Under the pieces are notes generated by a model. That model had not been told where the DNA came from and searched no databases. It worked only from the letters and a program-made list of their open reading frames with translations. A stretch of DNA of 64,000 bases, taken from NCBI GenBank assembly GCA_965219995.1, contig CBDCOX010000002.1, positions 256,001-320,000 of the forward strand, given 5' to 3'. Positions 37,463 to 47,248 of the stretch are shown in pieces; within the stretch, counting starts at the first letter, position 1; every line of letters starts with the position of its first letter. The stretch is from Candidatus Latescibacterota bacterium (lineage in GTDB: Bacteria > Latescibacterota > UBA2968 > GCA-2709665). Both the position numbers and the translations under genes were made by a program.

Positions 37463-37463
37463 G

Positions 37464-38288
37464 ATGGCGATTGCCGGAACCAGGGAACGCATGGGCCGTT
37501 CGCTTTACATTGGCTTCTGCACGGCCGTGTTTCTGTTTCTCGTCGCGCCGATTCTGGTGATCGTACCCCTGAGCTTCAACGCGGAGCCCTACTTCACCTT
37601 CACCGAGGGCATGCTGCGCCTGGATGCCGATGCGTATTCGATGCGCTGGTATCGGCAGATCGTCGAGAACGAGATATGGACCCGTGCGCTCGTCAACAGC
37701 CTGATGATCGGCATCGCTTCCACGGTCCTGGCGACGGGCTTCGGAACACTGGCGGCGATGGGGCTTTCCAGCCCGGCCATGCCCGGCCGGCGATGGGCGA
37801 TGGGGTTGCTCATTTCGCCAATGGTGACCCCGGTGATTATCGCGGCGGCGGGGATGTTCTTCTTCTATTCGAATCTGGGTCTTGCCCAGACCCATGTCGG
37901 TCTGATTCTGGCCCACGCCGCGCTGGGAACGCCTTTTGTCGTGATCACGGTGACCGCCACGCTGTCTGCCTTCGACACCAATCTGACCCGCGCCGCAGCC
38001 AGCCTTGGCGCGGGACCCGTGCGTGTCTTCCGTCGCGTCCAACTGCCGTTGATCGCTCCCGGCGTGATCTCGGGGGCGCTCTTCGCCTTCGCAACGTCTT
38101 TCGATGAAGTGGTCGTGGTGCTGTTCATGGCCGCTATCGAGCAACGTACGATTCCGCGCCAGATGTGGGCCGGAATCCGCGAGCAGATCAGCCCCACCAT
38201 CCTGGCCGTAGCGACGTTTCTGATTGTCTTTGCCGTCCTGCTGCTGTTTACGGTTGAATGGATGCGGCGGCGTTCCGCCGCGAGATAA
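37464..38288 (+). CDS. ABC permease, PotC-like
   Basis: IVPLSF, AAASLGA, FATSFDEVVV, TIPRQMW. Confidence 0.92.
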   Translation: MAIAGTRERMGRSLYIGFCTAVFLFLVAPILVIVPLSFNAEPYFTFTEGMLRLDADAYSMRWYRQIVENEIWTRALVNSLMIGIASTVLATGFGTLAAMGLSSPAMPGRRWAMGLLISPMVTPVIIAAAGMFFFYSNLGLAQTHVGLILAHAALGTPFVVITVTATLSAFDTNLTRAAASLGAGPVRVFRRVQLPLIAPGVISGALFAFATSFDEVVVVLFMAAIEQRTIPRQMWAGIREQISPTILAVATFLIVFAVLLLFTVEWMRRRSAAR

Positions 38289-38376
38289 ACTGCCGGCGAA
38301 ACGCTTCCGGCCGCATATAGGCGCATTTCACGAATTATAAACCGATCAATCGAATCCGGGATCCACAGGCGCTTCA

Positions 38377-39486
38377 ATGCAAGAAAACGAGAACGTGTAC
38401 GTCGAGTTCGAGGGTGTCAGCAAGAGCTTCGACGGTCGTACCCTGGTCGTCGACAATCTCGATCTCAGCGTCCGAAAGGGCGAATTCCTGACCATGCTCG
38501 GTCCGTCCGGATCGGGCAAGACCACGTGTCTGATGATGCTGGCCGGCTTTGAAACGGCGACGTCGGGCGCCATCCGTATCAACGGGCGTTCCGTGCAAGA
38601 ACTGCCCCCGCGCAAACGCGGGATTGGCATGGTCTTCCAGAATTACGCGCTTTTTCCTCACATGACGGTCGGCCGCAACCTCGCCTTTCCTCTGGAAGTA
38701 CGGGGACTGGACGCGACGCAATGCAGGGAACGCGTGGCGCGCGCCCTGCATCTGGTACGGCTCGACGGGCTCGAGGACCGGCGGCCCGGCCAGCTCTCCG
38801 GCGGCCAGCAGCAGCGCGTGGCCATCGCACGGGCGCTGGTCTTCGAGCCCGATCTGGTTCTGATGGACGAACCCCTGGGCGCGCTCGACCGGCGCCTTCG
38901 TGAGGAAATGCAGTACGAAATCCGGCGCATCCACAAGAGCCTCGGCGTCACCGTGGTGTACGTGACGCACGATCAGGAGGAAGCGATGGTCATGTCGGAC
39001 CGGATCGCGGTGCTCAGACGGGGCGATATCCAGCAGGTCGCCGCACCGGAGGTCCTCTATGAAGAGCCGGAACGCTCGTTCGTCGCCCGATTCATCGGGG
39101 AGAACAACCGTCTCCACGGCCGCGTGAAGAGCGTCGACGGGGACATTTGCGAAGTCGAGACGGGCGGTCAGGTCGTCAGCGCGCTTCGCGTTGCACCGTG
39201 CCGTTCGGGCGACGCCACCACGCTTTCGATCCGGCCGGAGCGGGTCGCCATCTCGCCCGAACCCGGCCTGTACACGAATGAACTCGACGCGAGAATCGAG
39301 GATATCACGTTCCTTGGCGACCACCTGCGGGTTCGCGTGAGCGTCTGTGGCCGCACGGATTTTATCGCGAAAATACCGAATATCGTAGGACACGGCGCCA
39401 TGCTGGAGGGCGACCGCGTCCGCATCGGATGGACACCGACGGATTGCCGGGTACTGGACCCGGATGACGAGGAGGATACAACATGA
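38377..39486 (+). CDS. ABC ATP-binding protein, PotA-like
   Basis: [37 protein letters not shown]-like tail. Confidence 0.95.
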   Translation: MQENENVYVEFEGVSKSFDGRTLVVDNLDLSVRKGEFLTMLGPSGSGKTTCLMMLAGFETATSGAIRINGRSVQELPPRKRGIGMVFQNYALFPHMTVGRNLAFPLEVRGLDATQCRERVARALHLVRLDGLEDRRPGQLSGGQQQRVAIARALVFEPDLVLMDEPLGALDRRLREEMQYEIRRIHKSLGVTVVYVTHDQEEAMVMSDRIAVLRRGDIQQVAAPEVLYEEPERSFVARFIGENNRLHGRVKSVDGDICEVETGGQVVSALRVAPCRSGDATTLSIRPERVAISPEPGLYTNELDARIEDITFLGDHLRVRVSVCGRTDFIAKIPNIVGHGAMLEGDRVRIGWTPTDCRVLDPDDEEDTT

Positions 39487-40583
39487 AGGACGTTCGGAGG
39501 AAGATCGTGCGTATCACGTCGTTGATGGGATTGTCGATGCTGATCGCGACGGCCGCAATCGCCGGGGACCGGCCGCTGACGGTGGTGTCGTGGGGCGGGT
39601 CGTACGCGCGCGCCTGCGTCAAGGGCTACCACGAACGGTTTACCGCGGAAACAGGCATCAAGATCAACCTGGAAGACTACAACGGCGGCCTCGCGCAGAT
39701 CCGCGCGCAGGTGGACGTAGGCAACGTCTTCTGGGACGTGGTGGACCTGGAGATTCCCGATCTCGTGCGGGGCTGCGACGAGGGCCTGCTGGAACCCGTC
39801 GCCGTGGGTTCGCTCGCCCCGGGGGCCGACGGTACGCCTGCGGCGGGGGATTTTGTTCCGGGGACGGTGACGGATTGCGGACCGGCCACGATTTTCTACT
39901 CGACAGTCTACGCTTACAACAAGGAAAACATAAAGGGTGATCAACCGGCCACGATTTCCGACTTCTTCGATCTGGAGAAATTCCCCGGGCGCCGGGGCAT
40001 GCGGCGCTCTCCATTGGTGAACCTGGAATTTGCGCTGATGGCCGACGGTGTAGCGGTCGACTCCGTCTACGCGATCCTGGGTACGCCGGCCGGCGTGGAC
40101 CGCGCCTTCCGAAAGCTGGACACGATCAAGGAGCACATCGTATGGTGGGAAGCCGGGGCGCAGCCGCCGCAGATGCTGGCCGATGGGGAAGTGACGATGA
40201 GCACCGCCTACAACGGGCGCATCTTCAACGCGCAGGTGTTGGAAGACCAGCCGTTCGTGGTGGTGTGGGACGGTCAGGTCCTGGACACCGGCGGGCTGGG
40301 CATTGTCGCGGGAACGCCCAACCTCGAAGCGGCGAAACAGTTTGTCAAGTTCGCCACGAGTGCGCAGGCCATCGCCGGCGTGGGCCGCTATATTTCCTAC
40401 AGCCCCACGCGACGCTCCGCAATGCCACTGATTTCGACGCACGCCGAAAAAGGTGTGGATATGAATCCGCACATGCCCACCAGCCCCCAGAACGTGAAGC
40501 GCGCCCTGCACAACGACTGGGAGTGGTGGAGCGATCACCTGGATGAAATGAACGAACGCTTCAGCGCCTGGCTGGCACGTTGA
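39483..40583 (+). CDS. ABC substrate-binding protein, PotD/PotF-like
   Basis: Signal peptide; VVSWGGSY, DFFDLEKFPGRRG, LEFALMADGV, AYNGR. Confidence 0.92.
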   Translation: MKDVRRKIVRITSLMGLSMLIATAAIAGDRPLTVVSWGGSYARACVKGYHERFTAETGIKINLEDYNGGLAQIRAQVDVGNVFWDVVDLEIPDLVRGCDEGLLEPVAVGSLAPGADGTPAAGDFVPGTVTDCGPATIFYSTVYAYNKENIKGDQPATISDFFDLEKFPGRRGMRRSPLVNLEFALMADGVAVDSVYAILGTPAGVDRAFRKLDTIKEHIVWWEAGAQPPQMLADGEVTMSTAYNGRIFNAQVLEDQPFVVVWDGQVLDTGGLGIVAGTPNLEAAKQFVKFATSAQAIAGVGRYISYSPTRRSAMPLISTHAEKGVDMNPHMPTSPQNVKRALHNDWEWWSDHLDEMNERFSAWLAR

Positions 40584-40585
40584 AA

Positions 40586-40601
40586 TGGCACGAAGTTTGC
40601 A
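40586..40601 (+). promoter_or_regulatory. Candidate sigma54 (-24/-12) promoter
   Basis: TGGCACGAAGTTTGCA matches the TGGCAC-N5-TTGCA consensus; ends 56 bp before ATG 40658. Confidence 0.55.
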
Positions 40602-40657
40602 GCGATCTTTTCGGCGACACTAACCATGGTGCTTGACCAGCCGAAAGGAGATTCACG

Positions 40658-41032
40658 ATGGGCGCGACCTACGTAGACGTAACGATCCGAAATCCGGCCG
40701 ATCTGCAGCGAAGCTGGACCGGCGCATTCCTGGTGGACACCGGCGCGTTTGACTCGCTTGTACCCAGGGATCGGTTGGAAGCCATCGGGCTTAAGCCGAA
40801 GGGCCGCCGCGAGTACACCCTCGCGGACGGGACCAGGATCAGCATGGAGATTACGACTGCCGACCTGGAATTCGAAGGAGAGGTCGTGGGCGGCACAATC
40901 GTATATGGCGAGGAAGGCGCCGAACCCCTGCTTGGCGTAACGGCACTGGAATCCGGCGGCTTCGAGGTGGACCCTCGCAGCGAGGAATTGAAAAGGCTGC
41001 CGGCAATTCTGTTAAAGTCGTTCGGCACGTGA
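40658..41032 (+). CDS. Clan AA (retropepsin-like) aspartic protease
   Basis: FLVDTGA, LADG, PLLGVTALE, VDP; RBS AAAGGAG. Confidence 0.88.
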   Translation: MGATYVDVTIRNPADLQRSWTGAFLVDTGAFDSLVPRDRLEAIGLKPKGRREYTLADGTRISMEITTADLEFEGEVVGGTIVYGEEGAEPLLGVTALESGGFEVDPRSEELKRLPAILLKSFGT

Positions 41033-41053
41033 CAAAGTTGTAAGGAGAGACCC

Positions 41054-41380
41054 ATGAGCCAGGACATCAGCGTCCAAGAAGGCAGCGGCAACGTCTTTAC
41101 TGACCTCGGCTTTGGTGATGAGGAGGCCAGAGAGGAACTGCTCAAAGCAGAACTCGGCGCGGAAATCTTCCGGATTCTGGAACATCGCAGGCTGACTCAG
41201 ACGAAAGCAGCGAGAATTATGGAGGTCAAACAATCGGAGGTCTCCCGTCTTAAGAGCGGGAAGTTTTCCTATTACAGCGTCGAACGGCTGATGCAGTTCC
41301 TCGAGCGTCTCAATTGCGAGGTGCGCATTCATATCGATTGGCCGGAGCGCGAGGGCGTCACGAAGGTCATTGCAATTTAG
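41054..41380 (+). CDS. XRE-family HTH protein (HigA-like antitoxin, no toxin upstream)
   Basis: GSGNVFTDLG, LTQTKAA...VKQSEVSRL, YSVERLMQFL. Confidence 0.88.
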   Translation: MSQDISVQEGSGNVFTDLGFGDEEAREELLKAELGAEIFRILEHRRLTQTKAARIMEVKQSEVSRLKSGKFSYYSVERLMQFLERLNCEVRIHIDWPEREGVTKVIAI

Positions 41381-41494
41381 CGGAACTGCAATAATCCCAA
41401 CGCTGCGATGCGGTCGGACATCGAAGCCGTGTGCAGGAACCACGGATATGAACCACCGACGATCTGTACACCGCAAGAACTGATGGAGGTCTAA
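41381..41494 (+). pseudogene. 3' remnant of a PIN-domain (VapC-like) toxin gene
   Basis: Start-less frame RNCNNPNAAMRSDIEAVCRNHGYEPPTICTPQELMEV* resembles the (W)NC.H.AN...IE.VC...GY.PP.ICTP.EL PIN C-terminus. Confidence 0.65.
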
Positions 41495-41496
41495 AG

Positions 41497-41718
41497 ATGC
41501 GCGATCCGATTGTTGAAGAGACGAGGAAACTTCGTGAGGAATATGCCGCACAATTCAACCATGATGAGAATGCCATATTCGACGACATCCTCAAGCGCCA
41601 GAGCATTCGTGGCAGGAAGTTAGTGACCTTTCCGTCCCGTGAGTCGAAACATAGACCAACCATTGGTGCAAATCAGCATTCGGACGCGCGCTTGATTCCT
41701 TTTAAAAATTCCATATAA
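41497..41718 (+). CDS. Small hypothetical protein, probable partner of the PIN toxin
   Basis: DPIVEE.RKLREEYAAQFNHD..AIF.D motif; RBS GGAGG lies within the PIN remnant. Confidence 0.7.
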   Translation: MRDPIVEETRKLREEYAAQFNHDENAIFDDILKRQSIRGRKLVTFPSRESKHRPTIGANQHSDARLIPFKNSI

Positions 41719-41835
41719 GTCTATAAGTTTTGTATAATCAGTAAAATATAAGGATAATGCAACTTGGGAAAATGTTATATTTCAGGTCACGCAATTCTGG
41801 ACTTTCCAATTAAAGCCCGGAATCTGGCGGGGCGA

Positions 41836-41930
41836 GCGGCGCTGAGTCCCAACACGCGGGGGAAGTTGCATCCAGGGGTGAACATCCAGACGCACCGGGC
41901 GTGAGCATCCTGGCCAGCACTCGAGGGCTT
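41836..41930 (+). ncRNA. c-di-AMP (ydaO/yuaA) riboswitch-like leader, degenerate
   Basis: Ordered blocks CGCTGAGTCC..GCGGGGGAA..GGGGTGAA..GGGC..CCAGC.ACTCG in the 5' region of the LRR gene; 3' half matches poorly. Confidence 0.35.
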
Positions 41931-42063
41931 GAGCTGTGGACCGAGGCGGCCTTGATCCTCTCCAGGTGCAGGACCTAGACGGTTGCGTGTGCAAATCTGG
42001 CCGGCGCGGATCCGGACGCCGGCTGAGGTGCCGGGGCAAGAAACCACGAAAGGAAGGGGGATA

Positions 42064-43611
42064 ATGCGCCGAAACAAAGCGCTGTTTATAGCGGTGGCGT
42101 TGCCGCTCTTTTCGGGTTTGGCGTCAGGTTACAGCGTTGTACACCCGCGCTGCCTCGGTGATTTTAACGGCAACGGGCGGGTTGATTTTCCGGATTTCAT
42201 ACGCTTTTCCGTCGTTTTTGGGGCGGCGTCCGGGGATGCGAATTACAATGTGCTAATGGACTTGGACGGCGACGGGCGGGTTGACTTTGCGGATTTTGTG
42301 GAGTTTTCCGCCGTGTTTGGCACCACGTGTCCGCCAAGTCCGCCGGTGGCAATTCCGGATAGCAGTTTGCGCGCGGTGATTGCGGACGCCCTGAGAAAAG
42401 CGCACGATGCGCCGATTACTCGCGCGGATATGGAATCGCTTAGGGCGCTTTTGGCGGCGGATAGGCACGTCCGCGACGTGACCGGAATTGAGTTTGCGAC
42501 CTACCTGGACATTCTGGTTCTTTCCGGCAACCAGTTGACGGACGCGATCCCGCCGGAACTGAGCAACCTGACCAACTTGGCATATCTGGATCTTTCCGGC
42601 AACCGGTTGACGGGCACGATCCCGCCCTGGTTCGGCAGCCTGATCAACCTGGGATGGATGGATCTCAACGAAAACGACTTGACGGGCACGATCCCACCGG
42701 AACTAGGCAACCTGACAAATCTGCAAAGGCTGGTTCTTTCCGGCAACCAGTTGATGGGCGGGATCCCGCCTTGGTTGGGCAGCCTGGCCAGCTTGGAAGC
42801 GTTGGGTCTTTCCAACAACCGGTTGACGGGCGCGATCCCGCGGGAGTTGGCCAACCTGACCAACCTGGAATATCTGGCCCTTTCCTACAACCAGTTGACG
42901 GGCACGATCCCGCCTTGGTTGGGCAGCCTGACCAACCTGGAACGGCTGTATCTCAACGAAAACGACTTGACGGGTGCGATCCCGGCAACATTGCGCAACC
43001 TGACCAACTTGGAACATCTGTATCTTCCAAGTTACAAGCTGACGGGCGGGATCCCGCCTTGGTTGGGCAGCCTGACCAACCTGCAAAGGCTGGTTATTGA
43101 CGGCTTGAGGCCGCGAAATCTTGACGTTGTTTTTGATGAAGATCGTCTACAAAAACCAACGGGCGCGATCCCGAGGGAGTTGACCAACCTGACCAATCTG
43201 GAATGGCTGGCTCTTCCCGGAAACCAGTTGACGGGCGGGATCCCGCCTTGGTTGGGCAGCCTGACCAACCTGGAATGGCTGTTTCTTAATGACAACAAGT
43301 TGACGGGAACAATCCCGAGGGAGTTGGGCAACCTGACCAAATTGGAACGGCTAGTTCTTCACACAAACCAGTTGACGGGTGCGATCCCGCTCGAGTTGGG
43401 CAATCTGACCAACCTGGAGTGGCTGGCCCTTTCCGAAAATCAGTTGACAGGTCCGCTGCCCGGTTCATTCACGAATCTTGTTAATCTTTCGCAGCTGGAC
43501 ATTAGCGCTACGAAACTATGCGCGCCGTCGACATCGACGTTTCAGATCTGGATACGTGGGCTTGAAATCTGGAGTGGCGTTTACTGCACAGAGTCTGAAA
43601 CGCCCCAATGA
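42064..43611 (+). CDS. Secreted protein: dockerin-like double EF-hand plus about 13 plant-type 24-aa LRRs
   Basis: Signal peptide; DFNGNGRVDFPDF and DLDGDGRVDFADF; IPDSSLRA cap; LTGxIPxxLGxLTNLxxLxLxxN repeats. Confidence 0.92.
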   Translation: MRRNKALFIAVALPLFSGLASGYSVVHPRCLGDFNGNGRVDFPDFIRFSVVFGAASGDANYNVLMDLDGDGRVDFADFVEFSAVFGTTCPPSPPVAIPDSSLRAVIADALRKAHDAPITRADMESLRALLAADRHVRDVTGIEFATYLDILVLSGNQLTDAIPPELSNLTNLAYLDLSGNRLTGTIPPWFGSLINLGWMDLNENDLTGTIPPELGNLTNLQRLVLSGNQLMGGIPPWLGSLASLEALGLSNNRLTGAIPRELANLTNLEYLALSYNQLTGTIPPWLGSLTNLERLYLNENDLTGAIPATLRNLTNLEHLYLPSYKLTGGIPPWLGSLTNLQRLVIDGLRPRNLDVVFDEDRLQKPTGAIPRELTNLTNLEWLALPGNQLTGGIPPWLGSLTNLEWLFLNDNKLTGTIPRELGNLTKLERLVLHTNQLTGAIPLELGNLTNLEWLALSENQLTGPLPGSFTNLVNLSQLDISATKLCAPSTSTFQIWIRGLEIWSGVYCTESETPQ

Positions 43612-44040
43612 GGCTCGATCTGGACCGCGGGAATCGAGGCAAACGCAACATGGTGCGGCGATCTGCTTCAGCTGCGGCCGCAGGCTGTGGACGTGAAGGA
43701 TCTGGTCGGAGGCGGGAACCGGACGCGGTGCCGGTAATCGAGGGCGAACGCGTCAAACATGGCACGAGGCGCCGGATATTCGGCGGGGCGAATGACACAC
43801 GGGCAAGGAATCCCGAAAGCAAAGGGGAGATTTACCATACGTTTAACCTTGATTCGTGATTCTTCGGAGACGTTAATTCGAATATACCCAAGTGGATAAA
43901 GGTGATTTGACGTCGGATTACAAGGATACTTCAGGTCACAGGACGTGAACGGAAAAAATGTCCATTTGGACGACCTTTTCGGTCCATTACGGAAGGTTTT
44001 GTTGTAGCGCCGCGTTGCCGTTTTTTTCGAACTGGGGTTA

Positions 44041-44220
44041 AACAAAGCGCTGCTTATGGCGGTGGCGTTGTCGGTATTTGGTGGCGTGGCTTCAGCTGGT
44101 ACCGTGGCGGAAACGCCGGCCGAACGCGTACCCGAAATCACGATACCGGATCCGGGAAACTTCAACATGCCGTTAAGCGCGGATTCGTTAAAGGCGGTTT
44201 CAAAGGAAACATTCAGGTGA
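44041..44220 (+). pseudogene. Remnant of the N-terminus of a paralog of the LRR gene
   Basis: AACAAAGCGCTGCTTATGGCGGTGGCGTTG versus AACAAAGCGCTGTTTATAGCGGTGGCGTTG at 42073; reads NKALLMAVALS...EITIPDP, then stops. Confidence 0.55.
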
Positions 44221-44221
44221 A

Positions 44222-45811
44222 ATGATGAAAAACGCGAGTTCGGACGTTCTCGGGGAGCGGGCGGGCCGACGCAAGCTTCCCATCGGAATTCAGACCTTTC
44301 GCAGAATTCGGGAGGAGAACTTCTACTACGTCGACAAGACCGCATATATTCGACGAATGGTGGACGAAGGCACGCATTATTTCCTGTCACGGCCACGTCG
44401 CTTTGGCAAAAGCCTCTTTCTGGATACGTTGAAGGAACTGTTTGAGGGCAACGAGCCACTGTTCAAAGGACTCGACGTCCACGCCCATTGGGATTGGTCC
44501 GTTACGTATCCCGTGGTGCGACTGAGCTTTGGCAGCGGCAACTTCAAGGAGCCGGACTATCTGCATACGAATCTGATGGCGCAGTTGGACGGCTTCGAAC
44601 GCCGGGCCGGTGTCGCTGGGACGTACGCGACGGGACCGGAGCGGTTCAGTCACCTGATTGAGGCGCTGCATGATCGTGACGGACAGCCTGTGGCCATTTT
44701 GATTGATGAGTACGACAAGCCGATCCTGGACGCGCTCGATGTGCCGGAGGTCGCGCGCGCCAACCGCGACTTCCTGCGCGGCCTGTACGCGACGATCAAG
44801 GACAGCGACGCGTATATCAAGTTCACCTTCCTCGCCGGCGTCAGCAAGTTCACAAAGGTCAGCCTGTTCTCCGGCCTCAATAATCTCAAGGACATCACCC
44901 TGGATGCCCGCTATTCGGCCGTATGCGGCTACACCGAGGCAGACCTGGATACGGTGTTCGCGCCGGAACTGCCGGGGCTGGAACGCGAAACGGTGCGCGA
45001 CTGGTATAACGGTTACAGCTGGCTGGGTGACGAAAAGACCTATAACCCCTTCGATATTCTCATGCTCTTCGACAAGCGCCGATTCGACGCGTATTGGTTT
45101 GAGACGGGCACGCCGACGTTTCTGATCGAGACCCTGTTCAATCGTCGTGTCAGTTCACTCGAACTCGATAAGATGGTGGGCAGCAGCGACCTGCTTTCGA
45201 CGTTCGACGTGGGAGATATGGCAACCGAGGCCCTGCTGTTCCAGACCGGCTATCTGACGGTTACCGGCGAGGAAAACCTGGGTGGTGAACCGCTTTACCT
45301 GCTGGGTTATCCCAACCGGGAGGTGCGCCAGAGCCTCAACCGAAGTCTCTTGCGCTACCTGGTCAAGAATCCGTCCCGCCAGATGGCGAATAGCGTCCAA
45401 TTGTACCGGCTGCTTGAGACGAACGACTTCGAGGGGCTGGAGACGTTGTTCCACGCCTTCTTCGCCAGTATTCCGTACGAGTGGTACACCAACAACGACG
45501 TCGCTGATTACGAGGGTTACTACGCGAGCGTTTTCTATTCCTATTTCGCGGCATCGGGCCTCGACATCAAGGTCGAGGACAGCAGCAGCCACGGCCGTCT
45601 CGACATGGCGGTATTTTTCAACGGCAACGTGTACCTGTTCGAATTCAAAGTCGTGGAGATGGCGCCCGATGGCGCGGCGATGGCGCAATTGAAGGCGCGG
45701 CGTTACGCCGACAAGTACCGCGCCCGTGGCGAGCCCATTCACCTGATCGCGATTGAGTTCAGCCGGGAGAACCGAAATATCGCGGCGTTCGACGTCGCGA
45801 GCGTGCCGTAG
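44222..45811 (+). CDS. AAA-ATPase-like protein with C-terminal PD-(D/E)XK nuclease domain
   Basis: LPIGIQTF, YVDKT, SRPRRFGKS, LIDEYDKP, WYNGY, GRLDM, FEFK, YADKY. Confidence 0.93.
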   Translation: MMKNASSDVLGERAGRRKLPIGIQTFRRIREENFYYVDKTAYIRRMVDEGTHYFLSRPRRFGKSLFLDTLKELFEGNEPLFKGLDVHAHWDWSVTYPVVRLSFGSGNFKEPDYLHTNLMAQLDGFERRAGVAGTYATGPERFSHLIEALHDRDGQPVAILIDEYDKPILDALDVPEVARANRDFLRGLYATIKDSDAYIKFTFLAGVSKFTKVSLFSGLNNLKDITLDARYSAVCGYTEADLDTVFAPELPGLERETVRDWYNGYSWLGDEKTYNPFDILMLFDKRRFDAYWFETGTPTFLIETLFNRRVSSLELDKMVGSSDLLSTFDVGDMATEALLFQTGYLTVTGEENLGGEPLYLLGYPNREVRQSLNRSLLRYLVKNPSRQMANSVQLYRLLETNDFEGLETLFHAFFASIPYEWYTNNDVADYEGYYASVFYSYFAASGLDIKVEDSSSHGRLDMAVFFNGNVYLFEFKVVEMAPDGAAMAQLKARRYADKYRARGEPIHLIAIEFSRENRNIAAFDVASVP

Positions 45812-45882
45812 CAGCCCGTTGATAGAGTTGCTCTGCCTGCGAGACCGAGCCATTGTGGCTGAAAACAAGGCGCGCGCCCGAG
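45811..45882. mobile_element. Partial (left-end) copy of MITE-like element A
   Basis: TA|GCAGCCCGTTGATAGAG..GCTCTGC..CGAG..CATTGTGGC.GAA.ACAAGGCGCGCG aligns to 25558-25630. Confidence 0.65.
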
Positions 45883-46008
45883 TCGCTGGCTGAGTCTGCT
45901 GGGGAGACAGGGGTGAATTGCGTGTCGAAAGGACCCGGCGCATGCGGTATATCGAGAATCAAGGCACGTGAAGAGACTCGTATCACGAGTCGATGAGGCG
46001 GATACGAT

Positions 46009-47208
46009 ATGCCGAGTGACCGTAAACTGAGAATCGCCCAGGTGGGCTGCGGCAGCCGGGGTCGGGCCGTGCGGCTTCGCGCGATCCGCATGATGTCGGA
46101 CGTGTTCGAGCTGGTTGCCGTCTGCGACGCGGATGCGGACAAGGCGAGGGCGGTCGGCGCCGAAAACGGGGTCCCCGCCTATTCGCGGGTCCAGGATCTG
46201 GCGGCAAATCAAGATCTGGATATAGCGGCAATCAGTACGCCCGGCGATTCGCACCACGCGATCGGCGCGTACCTGGCCGAGCGAGGCGTGAATCTCATCG
46301 TGGAGACGCCGATTTCACCCGCGCTGCAGACTGCGGACGTACTCATACGGGCGGTCGAGCGGGGCGGGGTGAAGCTGGAGGTGGCCGAGCAGTTCTGCCG
46401 CGAACCCATGCATCTGATGAAACGCATGGCGATCGAGGCCGGGTTCATTGGGGATGTACTTAGGGTTTTTTCTCTGTTTCAGACGGGCGGCTATCACATC
46501 GTGAGCAATGTAAGGGCAATGGCGTGCGATTCGGAGGCCGTGCGGGTCACCGGCCTTACGATGGATTCGCCGATTCCCAGGGTGAATATCAGCGAGATCC
46601 GGCAGTATGAATCTGAAGCCTGGACGATGGACCTGGTCGAGTTCGAGAACGGGGCGCTGGCCGTCATGTCCTATTCTTCCATGTATCACGGCCGGGCGCT
46701 CGGACGCAAGAGCAAGACGTTGTTCCAGGTGGACGGTACCACAGGGACCATTGTGGAGGACGAACTGCATTGGACCACCGAAGCGCAGCGGCTGAACGGT
46801 GGGCGAGCCACCGTCAGTCCGATCATGACGGAAACGCGCGACGTGGACGGGATGCAGGTGCTGGACCGGATGGTGGTGGAGACCGACCCTCCGCTGGTAT
46901 GGGAGAATCCCTGGCCCCAATACAGGACGTCTCCGCACGGGTTGGCGATCGTGGAAGAGATGGACAGTATCGCAACGGCGGTACTGGACGACGTGCCGAC
47001 GCGATACGACGGGCGCCGCGCGAGAAAAGACATGGAGATCGAACTGGCGGTGGCGGAGTCCGGGCGGTTGGGACGGAGGCCGTTGGACCTCCCGCTCCGG
47101 GAACCCACGGCGCGGGAAACGAGGTTTTTGGAGAATTTCGCACGGGAATACGGCTGCGATCCGTTCGACGTGGAAGCTTGTGTTGACGTATTCTTTCCGA
47201 AAAGGTAG
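46009..47208 (+). CDS. Gfo/Idh/MocA family oxidoreductase
   Basis: IAQVGCGSRG, LVAVCD, STPGDSH, VETP. Confidence 0.88.
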   Translation: MPSDRKLRIAQVGCGSRGRAVRLRAIRMMSDVFELVAVCDADADKARAVGAENGVPAYSRVQDLAANQDLDIAAISTPGDSHHAIGAYLAERGVNLIVETPISPALQTADVLIRAVERGGVKLEVAEQFCREPMHLMKRMAIEAGFIGDVLRVFSLFQTGGYHIVSNVRAMACDSEAVRVTGLTMDSPIPRVNISEIRQYESEAWTMDLVEFENGALAVMSYSSMYHGRALGRKSKTLFQVDGTTGTIVEDELHWTTEAQRLNGGRATVSPIMTETRDVDGMQVLDRMVVETDPPLVWENPWPQYRTSPHGLAIVEEMDSIATAVLDDVPTRYDGRRARKDMEIELAVAESGRLGRRPLDLPLREPTARETRFLENFAREYGCDPFDVEACVDVFFPKR

Positions 47209-47248
47209 TGGAATCCGGCCGGATCCACGAGCCCGGGAGAAATCGGAC

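Noticed and set aside
42500-43500. DNA tandem repeat, CRISPR or DGR target
   Set aside because: The 72-bp periodicity is explained by in-frame LRR coding; no reverse transcriptase or template repeat was seen
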